Numbered from the whole stretch's first letter, positions 12,376 through 25,899 are shown. The stretch is DNA of 63,986 bases, filler included, from Octopus bimaculoides (GCF_001194135.2; 6 parts of 5 records of this genome joined end to end with filler, not necessarily neighbours in it); one strand, 5' to 3'. Translations and numbers: made by a program. The notes: generated from the letters alone by a model not told the origin.

Positions 12376-15232
12376 TGTGCTACACCGGGCGCCCCAATCA
12401 AAAACAAATCTAATCTGATAATATCGATGGAATTGGATAAAGGAACCCGTGGAAGACTCGAAGGAAGCGACCTTTTAACGAAAATAATCACAAAAACGAA
12501 ATTTTACTGCCATACAAAACACAGTTTCTCCTATGCACGATGTCTCAGTGAAACATGTGCGAAATACACACGGGAAATCAACAGGGAAAAGTTTACAAAT
12601 TATAAAATATAAATGAAACAAAACAGTAATAAATAAATTGAGTAATTACATATAATTTGAATGTCTACACAATCATAAATACATTTTGATACCACTCAAT
12701 GTTTACACAACTAGGTGAAATTTACAGGACACACATTCACGCATATGAAAACGAAGCAAAAAAACTATTTTTTTTATTTTTTGAACTAAGACAGACAGAG
12801 TAAACAATTCATAAGTTTAAAAACACTACAAAAAACTATGCCCGGAGATAAATCTATCAGCAAAAAAATACAGACGAATACATATCTGCTAGCCTTAAGA
12901 AGCTACGTTACGAGCAATGTTTACATGCAGAGAACTCGGAAACAGTGTTGTCTCAAAAAATTAACCCTAAACAGATAGATCCGTCCCCTAATGTCAACGT
13001 CAAAACTCGTCATGCTTCAATGATAACAAAGCAAAATGAAAACCGGATTGGTCGTCGACCGTATCACAAAGGGCCACGTACTCGAATGATTTACCAGATT
13101 CGACTCGAAAAATCAGCTACTGGTTCGAATCTTCCTGAAACACAGGAGCTGGAAGTACCTCACAACCGGAATATTCCAACAGATGGCCATCCATGCTCGT
13201 CATCAAATAACCAAAGGAAAAGGAATGGAAAATGGTCTAGGGGAGATAATGAAGAAGTTCTTACGGCCTTCTACCATGCCAGATATTTCCCCACAAATAA
13301 ATCTAATACCGTACAAGCCTACTTAAACTGGAGAAAGAAACACCTTGAAGTAAGACCCTACATAGGCAGTAACAAACTTGCCAACGTCAGAAGAAACATT
13401 ATGAAAAAGAAATTATGAAGTAGAGATTGACCAAATTAAGCAAGTAGTAAGGGATAAAAGGAACGAAGCTGCAGCTGAAGAAGACCTTACAGAGGAAATA
13501 AATATAGACCAGCCCAGGGTTGATGAAAATGCAGTAATGATTGAAAGAGTTAATGTAACTGATAGGGAAAGTGAAATATTCTCTGAAGGCAGATGAAAAT
13601 CAAATAGATGAAGAAAGTTACACAGAAATTGACCCAACAGAACTACATAATCGAAGAAATCAAATCATGATTGAACGGCTGAAAATTAAAGAAACCAGTA
13701 TGAATGAACGTGACATTCTCCCAAAAATTCGCAATTCTAACCAAAACCTGATAATAATTGGTAAAATCCGCATTGCACTTAAGAATATAATTTCAGCTGA
13801 TGATGGGGATATTACAGATCTCAACCACCTGTACTATGCATCCGCAAAAATCTCAACGATTCTATGTGGTGACAAGATTAGAAAACGACAACATTCCTAC
13901 AAGAAACCTTCTTGGCAAGAGCGTATTCAACACTAAATTCAGCTACTTAAGTCTGACATAGAATGTTTAAAAAACCTTAGGTTTGACAAGACTATCAAAC
14001 CTACAAAAACACGAAAATTAAAGATAAAATATATGAAAACTATATTTGACATAGATACCACCATGGAAACCATCATGCTAAAGGTATGTACTAAAGCTGC
14101 CCGCATAGCAAGGTATGAAAAGCGCGTTAGATTCCTCAAGGACAACAACATGTTCAGAAATAACCCCAAAAATGTTTACAGGAAGATAGGGAAAATACCA
14201 GTTACAGTAAAGTATGTCGCTTCAAAAGAAGTGCAGGAATTTTGGAATAAAATTTGGGCAGAAGAAAAAACACACAATGAAAAGGCCCCTTGGATTGATA
14301 GAATATCTACAGACTTAGACTCCTTAGAAGAGAAAAAGTAGGATGGTATCAAGGTAGAGGGTGTAAGATCTGCTCTCAGGAAGTCAAGCAAATGGAAGTC
14401 TCCAGGAAAGGATAAAATTCCTAACTTTTGTTTGAACGTCTTCCCAGACAACCATGAACTGCTAACAAAACTTTACAACAATGTTTCGCAACAGCCTAGT
14501 TAGGTTCCATCTTGGCTAGTTAATGGTGGAACATTCCTACTTCCAAAAAATGAAAAACAAATGAAACAAAAAAATTATAGACCCATAATCTGCTTAACAA
14601 CAATGTATAAAACGCTAACATTTGTCTTGAATGAATATACCTATAGTTTTTTAATAGAAAGTGGCATATTCTCTAATGAGTAAAAAGGATGTAAACGTGG
14701 TTGTAAAGATAAGCTACTCATCAATAAGATGATCTTGGCAAATTGTCACAAACGACAAAAATCGAGCCTCCTCATTGATATGACTATCCCAATCGATATA
14801 AACGTATCTGTCAAGACCTACCAAAAACTGAGCAAGTATAAAGATCTTGAAATAGAAATTGGCAAAATGTGGAACCTCAAGACTAAAACAATACCTGTTG
14901 TCATATGTGCACTAGAAATGATAGCAAAAGGGGCTGATTCCTACCTAGCTCAGATACCAGGAAATTCCAAAATGGCAGCGATTCAAAAGATAGTGCTCGT
15001 GGGAAATGCCCATATCCTACGCAAAATACTTTCTATGTAATCTCAAATTTTAAAACAAACTCATAATTTTCTTGTTTGCTTAAACATTCTCTAGAACAAT
15101 ACTATGTGCAAAACCAAATATATGACACCGTAGGCAAAACACTAACATGAACTTCTGACTTGTTGTTGCTTGAGGTCTCTGGTTGAGACTTGGAGCCAAC
15201 TTGCACAAATACAAAGCAAAAGTCAAACATAC
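12376..15232 (+). mobile_element. R4/Dong-type non-LTR retrotransposon (RLE endonuclease), decayed and internally deleted
   Basis: N-terminal KWSRGDNEEVL..FYHA..NKLANVRRNI motif; RT N-part WKSPGKDKIPNF..NYRPIICLTTMYK..KGCKRG; C-terminal LIDMTIPID..QKLSKYKDLEIEIGKMWNLKTKTIPVVI. Many stops and frameshifts. Flanked by (TAA)n-type arrays on both sides. Confidence 0.9.
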
Positions 15233-15309
15233 AATAATAATAATAATAACAATAATAATAATGATAATAATAATAATAATAATAATAATAATGCTCTGCT
15301 CTCTCATTC

Positions 15310-15361
<52 letters not shown>

Positions 15362-15417
15362 GCTTCAATTTTTGGCACAGTNNNNNNNNNNAATAATAAT
15401 AATAATAATAATAATAA

Positions 15418-15990
15418 TGGTTTCAATTTTTGGCACAGTGCCAGCAATTTCGGAGGAGGGGTTAAGTTGATTACATCGACCCCAGTGTTCAACTGCTACT
15501 TATTTTATCGACCCCGGAAGGATAAAAGACAAAGTCGACCTCGGCGGAATTTGAACAGAGAACGTGAAAACGGACGAAATGTCGCTAAGCATTTTGCCCA
15601 GTATACTAATGATTCTGAAATTTTAAGGGAGAGGTCATGTCGATTATATCGACCCAAATGCTCAACAGGTACTTATTTCATCAACCCCGAAAGGATGAAA
15701 GGCAAACTCCACCCCGGCGGCGTTTGACCTCAGAATGCAATGAACCGTAAGAATTTTGTACGACACTCTAACAATTCTACCATGTCACTCTCTTAATAAT
15801 AATCAATCTTCATACTATACGTGGAGAGGGGTTAGTTGGTTACATCGACCTCAAGGCTCAACAGGCCACTTATGTTATGAATGAAGCCCGAAAGTCGACA
15901 TGGCTGGCACTTGAACTCAAAACGTAAAGAACTGGAAGAAGTGCCGCTGGGCATTTTTGGCCGATGCGCTAACGATTCTGCCAGCTCACC
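15418..15990 (-). mobile_element. Three tandem SINE family B copies
   Basis: Module repeated at about 15418-15620, 15640-15780 and 15830-15990. Confidence 0.85.
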
Positions 15991-16286
15991 ACATCACCNN
16001 NNNNNNNNNNNNNNNNNNNNNNNNNNNNNNNNNNNNNNNNNNNNNNNNNNNNNNNNNNNNNNNNNNNNNNNNNNNNNNNNNNNNNNNNNNNNNNNNNNNN
16101 NNNNNNNNNNNNNNNNNNNNNNNNNNNNNNNNNNNNNNNNNNNNNNNNNNNNNNNNNNNNNNNNNNNNNNNNNNNNNNNNNNNNNNNNNNNNNNNNNNNN
16201 NNNNNNNNNNNNNNNNNNNNNNNNNNNNNNNNNNNNNNNNNNNNNNNNNNNNNNNNNNNNNNNNNNNNNNNNNNNNNNNNNNNNNN

Positions 16287-16420
16287 GAAGAAGAAGAAGA
16301 AGAAGAAGATGAAGAAGAAGAAGAAGACGACGACGACGACGACGACGAAGAAGAAGAAAAAGAAGAAGAAGAAGAAGAAGAAGAAGAAGAAGAAGAAGAA
16401 GAAGAAGAAGAAGAAGAAGA
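16287..16420. repeat. (GAA)n/(GAC)n microsatellite
   Basis: Direct reading. Confidence 0.95.
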
Positions 16421-16974
16421 CGGAGAATTGTTTCAAATTTTGGTACAATGCCAGTAACTTTAATGAAGGGTGTCAATCGATTGCATCTATTCCAGTGCCT
16501 GACTATATTATCATAAAAAAACGGCAAAGATCTCTTGTTATTAATAATAGCAAATAAAGCCAATAGACGATATTTCGTATTGCAAATATGATTGGCACCA
16601 AATATTGCTTCATTTCCATTTTTTCTCATTTATATATATATATTTCTTTTTATTTGTTATTATTTACTTTTGTTGTGTATCTCTATAATATAATATTGCT
16701 TAATATTTATTACTTACGAGTAGCTTCGTAACCAGTGTTGACTTGTTAAATATCGCTACGGAAATTTGGCTTAATTAATTAATATACACATGAGTCAGTC
16801 CGTGTGTGTGTGTGTGTTGTGTGTATATATGTGTGTATATACATACATTCATTCATTCATACATACATACATACAGACATACAGACATACATATATATAT
16901 GTGTATGTGTTTGTATATATATTTGTATGTATGTACACAGACTCGCGCACACACACGTATGTGTGTGTGTGTGT

Positions 16975-17146
16975 GTGCGTACACGATAGGCGTCTTTCAG
17001 TTTCCGTCTATCAAATTCACTGACAAAGCTTTGTTTGGCTCGAGGCTATAGTAAAAAAAACGCTTGTCCAAGGTGGCACGCTGTGAGACTGAACCCGGAA
17101 CCATACGGTTGTGAAACAAACTTCTTACCATACAGTCATGCCTGTA
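16975..17146 (-). mobile_element. SINE family A head
   Basis: Same head module, reverse strand. Confidence 0.8.
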
Positions 17147-17875
17147 CATACATTATATCAAAGTGACTGTTTTACTTACTCTTATCGATAAATCAGCATT
17201 TTCCACGAATTATGAATGTATATTTTTTTGCAAAGTTTTATGTGTGAGTGTGTGTGTGTATGCATGTATGTATGCATGTATGTATGCATGTATGTATGTA
17301 TGTATGCGTAAGACATTCTTATAACATTTTACACCACACTCGAGATAAGTTTCAGATTGTTCCAGTGTATATGCGTGCGTGCGTGTGTGAGCGCGCAGGC
17401 GTCAGTGGGGTGGGGGGGGCGAATTATTGTTAGAATTCCAAAGCACAAATCCAGATAGTATCTTTTTTTTTCTCTCCCCAATCTCCGTACCATAACATTT
17501 CGAAGAAACAGATTCTTCATAAATTCCATTCAGAACATCATGTGAAAATGAAAGAATTTAGCAAACTCATAACTTTTCAGTCTTTCAGCCTCATCTTTAC
17601 AAATCTTTTTACCTTTTATCCTTTTATCTTTTGTTTGATTGAGTCATTAGACTATGGTCATGCTGGGGCACCGCCTTGAAGAATTTTTAGTCGAATAAAT
17701 CGATCCCAGGACTTATATCTTTTAAAACCTGGTATTTATTCCATCGCAACCTCAGGACCCTATGGTTCTGTGCACCCTAATGCAGTTCAGCACAGAAAAT
17801 TGCCTTTGGGTGCTTGCCACCCTACATCCTGCGAATATAACCCGTCCAAATACTGCCATATTGATAGTGTATATA

Positions 17876-18087
17876 CGAGGAGGGTGCTGAAAAGCTCCTG
17901 GCTTTGAGTAAAAGAAAACACAGGAGGATTAATTAATTATGATTTTATTCAACATATTCCCATCTCAGATTCGCACCCTTATTGCAACGGTCCTTTTCTA
18001 GCCCCTGTGAAAGAACTCGGAAGGTTAAGCCTCCAACCAGGCCTTTCGCGACACCCTTAAAGCCAGGAACTTTTCCGCACCCCTTCG
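17876..18087. mobile_element. Mariner-type MITE
   Basis: TIRs cgaggagggtgctgaaaagctcctggcttt / aaagccaggaacttttccgcaccccttcg with TA on both sides. Confidence 0.9.
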
Positions 18088-18329
18088 TAGATTAAGTATG
18101 ACTTAATTTTTTTAAGCCTTGTACTTATTCCATCGGTTTCTTTTGCTTCACCACTAACTTACAGGGACGGAAACACACCGACACCGGTTGTTAAACGGTG
18201 GTGGGGAGCAACACAGAAACAAAGACACACACAAACACATGCACACACGTATACACACACTCACACACACACACACATACACACACACATATAAATACAT
18301 ACATATATATACATACATATACATACATA

Positions 18330-18490
18330 CATATATATATAACGGGCTTCTTTCAGTTTCTATCTACCAAATCTACTCACATGGCTTCGGTCGGCCCGAC
18401 GCTACAGCAGAGAACACTTGACCAAGGTGGCACGCGCTGGGACTGAACCCGGATCCATGTACTACAGAAGCAAGCATCTTACCACTACGA
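18330..18490 (-). mobile_element. SINE family A head
   Basis: Same head module, reverse strand. Confidence 0.8.
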
Positions 18491-19234
18491 CGAGCTTCCA
18501 CATGCCTTCCAACCACCAAATTCATTAATCAATCGGTCGACCAGGCGGGTGAAAACAATTGGTCAGTGTACCGAGCAGAGGGGCTGAAACCGAAACGACA
18601 TTACTGCAAACCGGTCATTAAAACAATTCTATTCTATATGAAAACAGCAACACCAAAGCTTTCTTTATCTCCGACTGTAATTATAATTATAATTATAACC
18701 ATCGTTATACTTTAACCTGTTCAAATCGTTAAAAGTTATTCACTTGTTCATAGTTAATGCAGTTAATCTCTTTACAACGTATTATTAAAAACTTAATTTT
18801 ATATGAAAATTACAAAAATCAAAGCTTTTTTTTCAGTGTTATTTGTGACGTTATTCTGTTTGTGACTATTCTAGAAAGTTCTCTAATGTTACAAAATATT
18901 GCAAAGTGGCTTATTTTATTAGTAAATGATGTGTACTTACAAATACATTAGCAATATAATTCATTTTAAAATATTCATGAATCTTTTATATTAAAAGCGA
19001 TAAATTATGTGTTTTTGGAAAAATATAGCAAAATTGTTAAAATGGTTTATTGTTAAAATTTTCCATCTGTTTATAAAATCTGATAAGTACATAACTTTAA
19101 AAATTTAGGTAAAACTATTTAGAATCGTAATGCTATTTAAAAATACTATAATATTGGAAATTACCATCATAAATACTACATACACAAACACACAAACACA
19201 CACATGCACGCACACATACGCACACATATATGTA

Positions 19235-19273
<39 letters not shown>

Positions 19274-19398
19274 GCGTAGTCATGGCTGCATATTTAAGGA
19301 GCTCGCTCAGCAACTGGTTTCAGGTTCAGTCCCTCTGCGCGTGGAACCTTAGCATACACACATACATACATACATACATACATACATACATACATACA

Positions 19399-19810
19399 TG
19401 GTCGTGGCACTCCGTCGGTTACAACGACGAGGGTTCCAGTTGATCCGTCCAATGGAACAAGCTGCTCATGAAATTAACGTGCAAGTGGCTGAGTACTCCA
19501 CAGACACGTGTACCCTTAACGTAGTTCTCGGGGAGATTCAGCGTGACACAGAGTGTGACAAGGCTGGCCTTTTGAAATACAGGTACAGCAGAAACAGGAA
19601 GTAAGAGTGAGAGAAAGTTGTGGTGAAAGAGTACAGCAGNNNNNNNNNNNNNNNNNNNNNNNNNNNNNNNNNNNNNNNNNNNNNNNNNNNNNNNNNNNNN
19701 NNNNNNGAGCTTTAGGTGTTTTCGCTCAATAAACACTCACAACGCCCGGTCTGGGAATCGAAACCGCGATCCTATGACCGCGAGTCCGCTGCCCTAACCG
19801 CTGCCTCCAC
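19399..19810 (-). mobile_element. tRNA-derived SINE family C
   Basis: Minus-strand head ggttagggcagcggactcgcggtcataggatcgcggtttcgattccc; tail module ccgacggagtgccacgac followed by (TGTA)n. Confidence 0.85.
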
Positions 19811-21477
19811 CATACATACATACAAAAATGCCCTGCTGATGATGTTGAAATTCCAATGAAGGAGCCTTAGATCTAGGTACGAAACCGGCTCTTTATTGGC
19901 AAGAAATCTTGGAATAAAATTGAATAATGACATACGTAAGGATGTACTTATGACATGCCAGGATTTTCTAAGAGACAGCAAAAGAAATTGGTTTGAGACA
20001 TTCCAAAAGATTCTCCATCTGAGATTCTTTAAATGAATACATGCAAACATGAAATCGCATTCATGATTGCTAGATCGTGGTTTCAGTTTCTGGATCGGGT
20101 GATGCGCTGAGTTCTTGAGCAAAGCTTTCATCTCACGCTGCTCTACGATCACTCCGACATCTGACGTGCACCAGTTCAGGCAACGTCGATTTGATGGACG
20201 GTGTAATGTACAGTACATACGTTTGATCGCTATAACAGATCATTTCTGCAGATTGCTTAGCTAGAAATTGCAGAACACCGTCTTTCTCAGACCACAAGTG
20301 ACTACCATCACGCACACATACACATGTTGGTTGTGCAACTCTGGAAAGACAAGTAAAAACTAATGTTGCACACACAAAAACACTTAAATACTAAAGTTAC
20401 ATGTTCACACAAAATATAAGTGCATACACAGAATATAAGTAAATACACGCACGTATATGCACACACTAACTCCACCTGATATTTACAAACCTCTGATAAC
20501 TATCTTCACTCAAAGAGTCTCACACTTTGTTAACGACCGACTTAGATTCCATTAAGAAGAACTTAAACCTCAAACAAAACATACATACACCTCTCTCTCT
20601 CTCTCACCCACCTCTCTCTCATCCACCTTGCTCTCTCTCTTTCTCTTTCTCTTTACATTCTTTTATTCTTTTATATGTTTCAGCCCTAAGGATATGGGCA
20701 TAATGGAGCACTGNNNNNNNNNNNNNNNNNNNNNNNNNNNNNNNNNNNNNNNNNNNNNNNNNNNNNNNNNNNNNNNNNNNNNNNNNNNNNNNNNNNNNNN
20801 NNNNNNNNNNNNNNNNNNNNNNNNNNNNNNNNNNNNNNNNNNNNNNNNNNNNNNNNNNNNNNNNNNNNNNNNNNNNNNNNNNNNNNNNNNNNNNNNNNNN
20901 NNNNNNNNNNNNNNNNNNNNNNNNNNNNNNNNNNNNNNNNNNNNNNNNNNNNNNNNNNNNNNNNNNNNNNNNNNNNNNNNNNNNNNNNNNNNNNNNNNNN
21001 NNNNNNNNNNNNNNNNNNNNNNNNNNNNNNNNNNNNNNNNNNNNNNNNNNNNNNNNNNNNNNNNNNNNNNNNNNNNNNNNNNNNNNNNNNNNNNNNNNNN
21101 NNNNNNNNNNNNNNNNNNNNNNNNNNNNNNNNNNNNNNNNNNNNNNNNNNNNNNNNNNNNNNNNNNNNNNNNNNNNNNNNNNNNNNNNNNNNNNNNNNNN
21201 NNNNNNNNNNNNNNNNNNNNNNNNNNNNNNNNNNNNNNNNNNNNNNNNNNNNNNNCATATTCTTATACATATTCTTTGACAATCGAATAAAATTGAGAAG
21301 GAACTGACCTGGCCTTTTTCTCTTGTGTATATTGAAGGAATGTTTTACTGTCTTAAGAGACAGTATGACTGGCTAGCTGGGGTGGGAGGGAAGAAGAGTT
21401 AAAGAAGATTTTTTTATTTTTGGTTGGTCTGTGACAGTCTGTCATGGTTCACTGGTTTTGGGGACTGGTTTTGTGCA

Positions 21478-21524
<47 letters not shown>

Positions 21525-21526
<2 letters not shown>

Positions 21527-21890
21527 GTGTGGTAAGAAGCTTGCTTCCCAACCACATGGCTCAGGGTTCAGTCCCACTGGGTGACACCTTGGGTAAGTGT
21601 ATTCTGCTAAAGCTTTGGGTCGACCAAACACTTGTGAGGGAAACTGACAAAAGCCCATCGCATATATATGTATATATTTGTGTGTGTGTGTGTGTCCCTC
21701 CGCCATCGCTTGACAACCGATGTTGGTGTGTTTACGTCACCGTATCTTAGCGGTACGGCAAAAAAAACGATGGAATAAGTACTAGGCTTGATTTCTTCGA
21801 CTAAGCACTGGGGTCGATTTCTTCAACTAAAGGCGGTGTTCCAGCATGGCCGCAGTCAAATCACTGAAACAAGTAAAAGAATAAAAGAAT
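21525..21890 (+). mobile_element. SINE family A, full length
   Basis: Head, (TG)n and 3' module. Confidence 0.85.
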
Positions 21891-22214
21891 GGAAACCGCG
21901 AGTTCGCTGCCCTAACCACTGTGCCATTGCGCTTCCACTATATATATATATAACGGGTTTCATTGATGGCTAATTATAATACCTTAGTGTATTTGGTTAC
22001 GTTTGCATTAAATCCTGCGTTCAGTTCCATCGAAGTTGGCTTTGCTTTTAATCCCCAGCAGATGGAATACTGGGCTTGATTTAATCAAATCAACCCCTCC
22101 CAGCAAATGCCGGAGATTACTTTTATTTAACGAGAAGAGGAGAAGGAAGAGGAGTAGGAGGAGCAAAACACATAACCTGTATATGCACTCCTTCCTTCCC
22201 ACTACCATACACAC

Positions 22215-22555
22215 ATGCACACATATACTGGCACTCTGTTGGTTACGACGACGAAGGTTCAAGTTGATCCGATCAACGAAACAGCCTGCTCATGAAATCA
22301 ACGTGTAAGTGGTTGATCACACGCATGACCCTAAACGTAGTTTGCGGGGGAGATTCAGCATGACACCATAATGTGATAAGGCTGACCCTTTGAAATACAG
22401 GTACAATTCATTTTTGGTCTATGAGTGGACTGCAGCAACGTGAAACAAAGTGTCTTGCTGAAGGACAAACCGCTCCGCCAAGCCAGGTATCGAAGCCACG
22501 ATCTTACGATCATACGCCGAATACCCTAGCCATTTAGCCACGCGCCTTCACACGC
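22215..22555 (-). mobile_element. SINE family C
   Basis: Homologous to 19399-19810. Confidence 0.8.
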
Positions 22556-23208
22556 TCACATAGATATTACTGAGATCAATGCAGTTTATGTTCGGTTTCA
22601 ATTTCAGTAAATCGATGCGTAATCACCAAAGACAACAGAAGCTCCAGACGTAAGATAGCTTAAGAAACAAAGGAATTTATTGATGTTGAATTCTCCAAGG
22701 CTTATTTATATTTTAGCACATCGTGTGCAGTGTGAGATGAAAGAAAACCGTTTAATTCAACACTTACTATGTAATGTTTATAATAAACATTAAATTTTAT
22801 TGGTTTATTTTAAAAAGAAAATTTATGTTAGTATTAATGCGTTATGAGGAAACTTTAAAAAAAAATTTGCAATCATTCCTGGTTAACTGTGGAAATAGCT
22901 TTACGTTCACACACACACACACACACACACAGATNNNNNNNNNNNNNNNNNNNNNNNNNNNNNNNNNNNNNNNNNNNNNNNNNNNNNNNNNNNNNNNNNN
23001 NNNNNNNNNNNNNNNNNNNNNNNNNNNNNNNNNNNNNNNNNNNNNNNNNNNNNNNNNNNNNNNNNNNNNNNNNNNNNNNNNNNNNNNNNNNNNNNNNNNN
23101 NNNNNNNNNNNNNNNNNNNNNNNNNNNNNNNNNNNNNNNNNNNNTATCGATAAACGAATACGTACATACGTGTGTGCGTGTATGTATGTACAGATAAATT
23201 GATAGGTG

Positions 23209-23251
<43 letters not shown>

Positions 23252-23362
23252 GTGTGAGGATGTACATTCATGCATATACTTGTTTATATACATATGTACA
23301 TGTACACACATATATATACACACACACTTAAATACAGATATCTCTATGCAAATATACAATTT

Positions 23363-23412
<50 letters not shown>

Positions 23413-24256
23413 TGTGGAGGAGTGTACATTCATGCATATACATATTCATATATGTACATGTACACATACATATACATATAAAAACGCATACTTATATACA
23501 TATATATGTGCACACGCGTAACACACATACGTGTACAAATATACAAATGTGTGTGTCTCTCTGTTTCACAGCCAAGTTAAAATAGCAAATAGACCAATCA
23601 CCGCTTACGCATTTCATTTCTCTCTCTCTCTCTCTCTCTCTCTCCTGTTGCCCTTTTTTTTTCTTGCAAATATTATTCTTAGCGCGTCCTGTCTTGGCCA
23701 AATCCAGGGAGATTTGGCAAATGCACATGAAATTCACGAAATGAATAATGATTTAAAAACATAGAATTTGGGAAAGAAATGGAAGGTAAACAATCGTATT
23801 ATTGCAGTTCAACCACATATATACTCCGCACCGGACGATTTTTAATCTAGAAACTTCTCCAAGAGAGAAAACGAGGTGGAGAGGGAGAGACAAGGTGAGA
23901 GAAAGAAATGGGGAAAGACAGGCGAGAAGGAAACGAAATGGTACGGAATCTGCTGTGTTCCTAATGTCTAACGGAAGAATATGGTAATTCGAAATACCAT
24001 TTTCTTCATCTTGGGATATAAGTATCCAATATTTGTTATATTTGAATTCAATGGCTTGGATTAAATACATTTAGATATATATATGCACATCTATGTGTAT
24101 ATAGAGAGAGACATAGATTTATGCGTCTGGCTCCTCAGAAAGCCGCATGAAACGCGGTGTTGAGTTTTAGGTTACTTATACGCATATACACTCGTCTAAG
24201 CATGCGCCCATACACACGTATGTTTACACATACTGATATTCAGCTCTCTCTCTCTC

Positions 24257-24289
<33 letters not shown>

Positions 24290-24298
<9 letters not shown>

Positions 24299-24446
24299 GT
24301 AAGAAGTTTGCGTTCCTCTCACAAGATTCCAGGTTCAGTCCCACTGCGTGGCACCTTGGGCAGGTGTCTTCTTCTATAGCCTCGAGTCGACCAGAGCTTT
24401 GTGAGTAGATTTGGTTGACAGAAACTGAAAGAAGCATGTCGTGTAT
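24290..24446 (+). mobile_element. SINE family A head
   Basis: gtggtaagaag..ggttcagtcccactgcgtggcaccttgggc. Confidence 0.85.
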
Positions 24447-24546
24447 NNNNNNNNNNNNNNNNNNNNNNNNNNNNNNNNNNNNNNNNNNNNTTAATTAATT
24501 AANNNNNNNNNNNNNNNNNNNNNNNNNNNNNNNNNNNNNNNNNNNN

Positions 24547-24576
<30 letters not shown>

Positions 24577-24579
<3 letters not shown>

Positions 24580-25328
24580 ATCAAACAGGTTGATTCAACT
24601 TCCTTGGTACTCTATGCTTCAAGTGTGATGCTAGTCTTCAGCCACTGGAATTAGAGTGAGAGGTTGAAAGGAGGAAGTCAGTTTTTTACTGGATGTTAGC
24701 CTGCAATTGGTTGAGAAAGGTCATGTTGTGTTACAGTCTGATGTTGTTATTTCAGTGACAACGATTACTTGAAAAATACCACATGGTGAACAGGACATTG
24801 ACCATGTGGTGAACAGAATAATTGTGGTGGGAAAAAAATAGGAAAGGGTGATAGATGTTTGAGTATATACATATATATATGTGTGTGTGTCTGTGCTTAT
24901 ATATCTATGTATGTGTTTGGATTTATGCGAGTGTATGTGCATGTACATAGGTGTACATTCACACATCCACACACATATGTGTGTGTGCACATGCACATGC
25001 ACTACTTATACCACTGTCACCATCACCAACTAATCCCCCAAGAGCAGGATCGAAATCACCAATCTCCAACACTTCTGTATGCCTGTCTACCCACATACTC
25101 TCACCACTTGTACATAACCACACAAGTTTATATAAACACATGCACACGCATGCATTCGCATACATGTGCGTATACAACTGCACACTGTATGCATATACAC
25201 AGATATGGACACACATGCCTGTTCATGTATGTATACACACTTATATACACACACACACTCATGTGCACACGTGCATGTGCAGGTGAGCATGTAAATAATA
25301 CTTGCATGCATGTGTGTGTGCATGTATG

Positions 25329-25371
<43 letters not shown>

Positions 25372-25829
25372 GCATACATGTGTGTGTATGTATATGTACA
25401 TACATGCATGTTTGTGCATGTGTGTGTGTTTGTGTGAAAGTACACCTATGTACACAGGCATACACTTGCATAAATACAGACACACACAGATATATAGGCA
25501 TATAGACATACATATATATATATATAAGTATATACTTACAGATCTACTGCCCCTTCCTTTTTCCCTCTCAACTATGCAACAGATTTCCTATCCACCACAT
25601 GGTTGATTTCCTGTTCACCATGCAGTATTTTCCAAATAATTGTTGTTGCTGAAATACCAACATCAAACTGTGACATTGTGTGACCTCCCTTGACCAACCA
25701 CAGGGTAACGTCCAGTAAAAAATGGTGACTTTCTCTTATTGACCTTTCATTCTAATTCCAACAGCTGAAGACTAGCATCATGCTTGAAACTTGGAGTACC
25801 AAGGAATTTGAATCAAATTGTTTGATTCA
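24577..25829. repeat. Diverged ~235-bp inverted repeat pair (24577-24811 and 25593-25829) around a TA/CA-rich spacer
   Basis: By-eye alignment of the reverse complement of the left arm to the right arm is collinear end to end (e.g. gctgaagactagcatca, gagtaccaaggaa.ttgaatcaa). Confidence 0.85.
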
Positions 25830-25899
25830 TACATTTAGCTCCCAATAAATGTATATATATATACAAGTGAACAGATAAATGAAAGAAGGGCACTCAACA

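Noticed and set aside
19830-19935. Hammerhead-like spacing (atgaagga..gaaaccgg) after a SINE
   Set aside because: The CUGANGA core is not present and the stems do not close; more simply a retroposon 3' tail.
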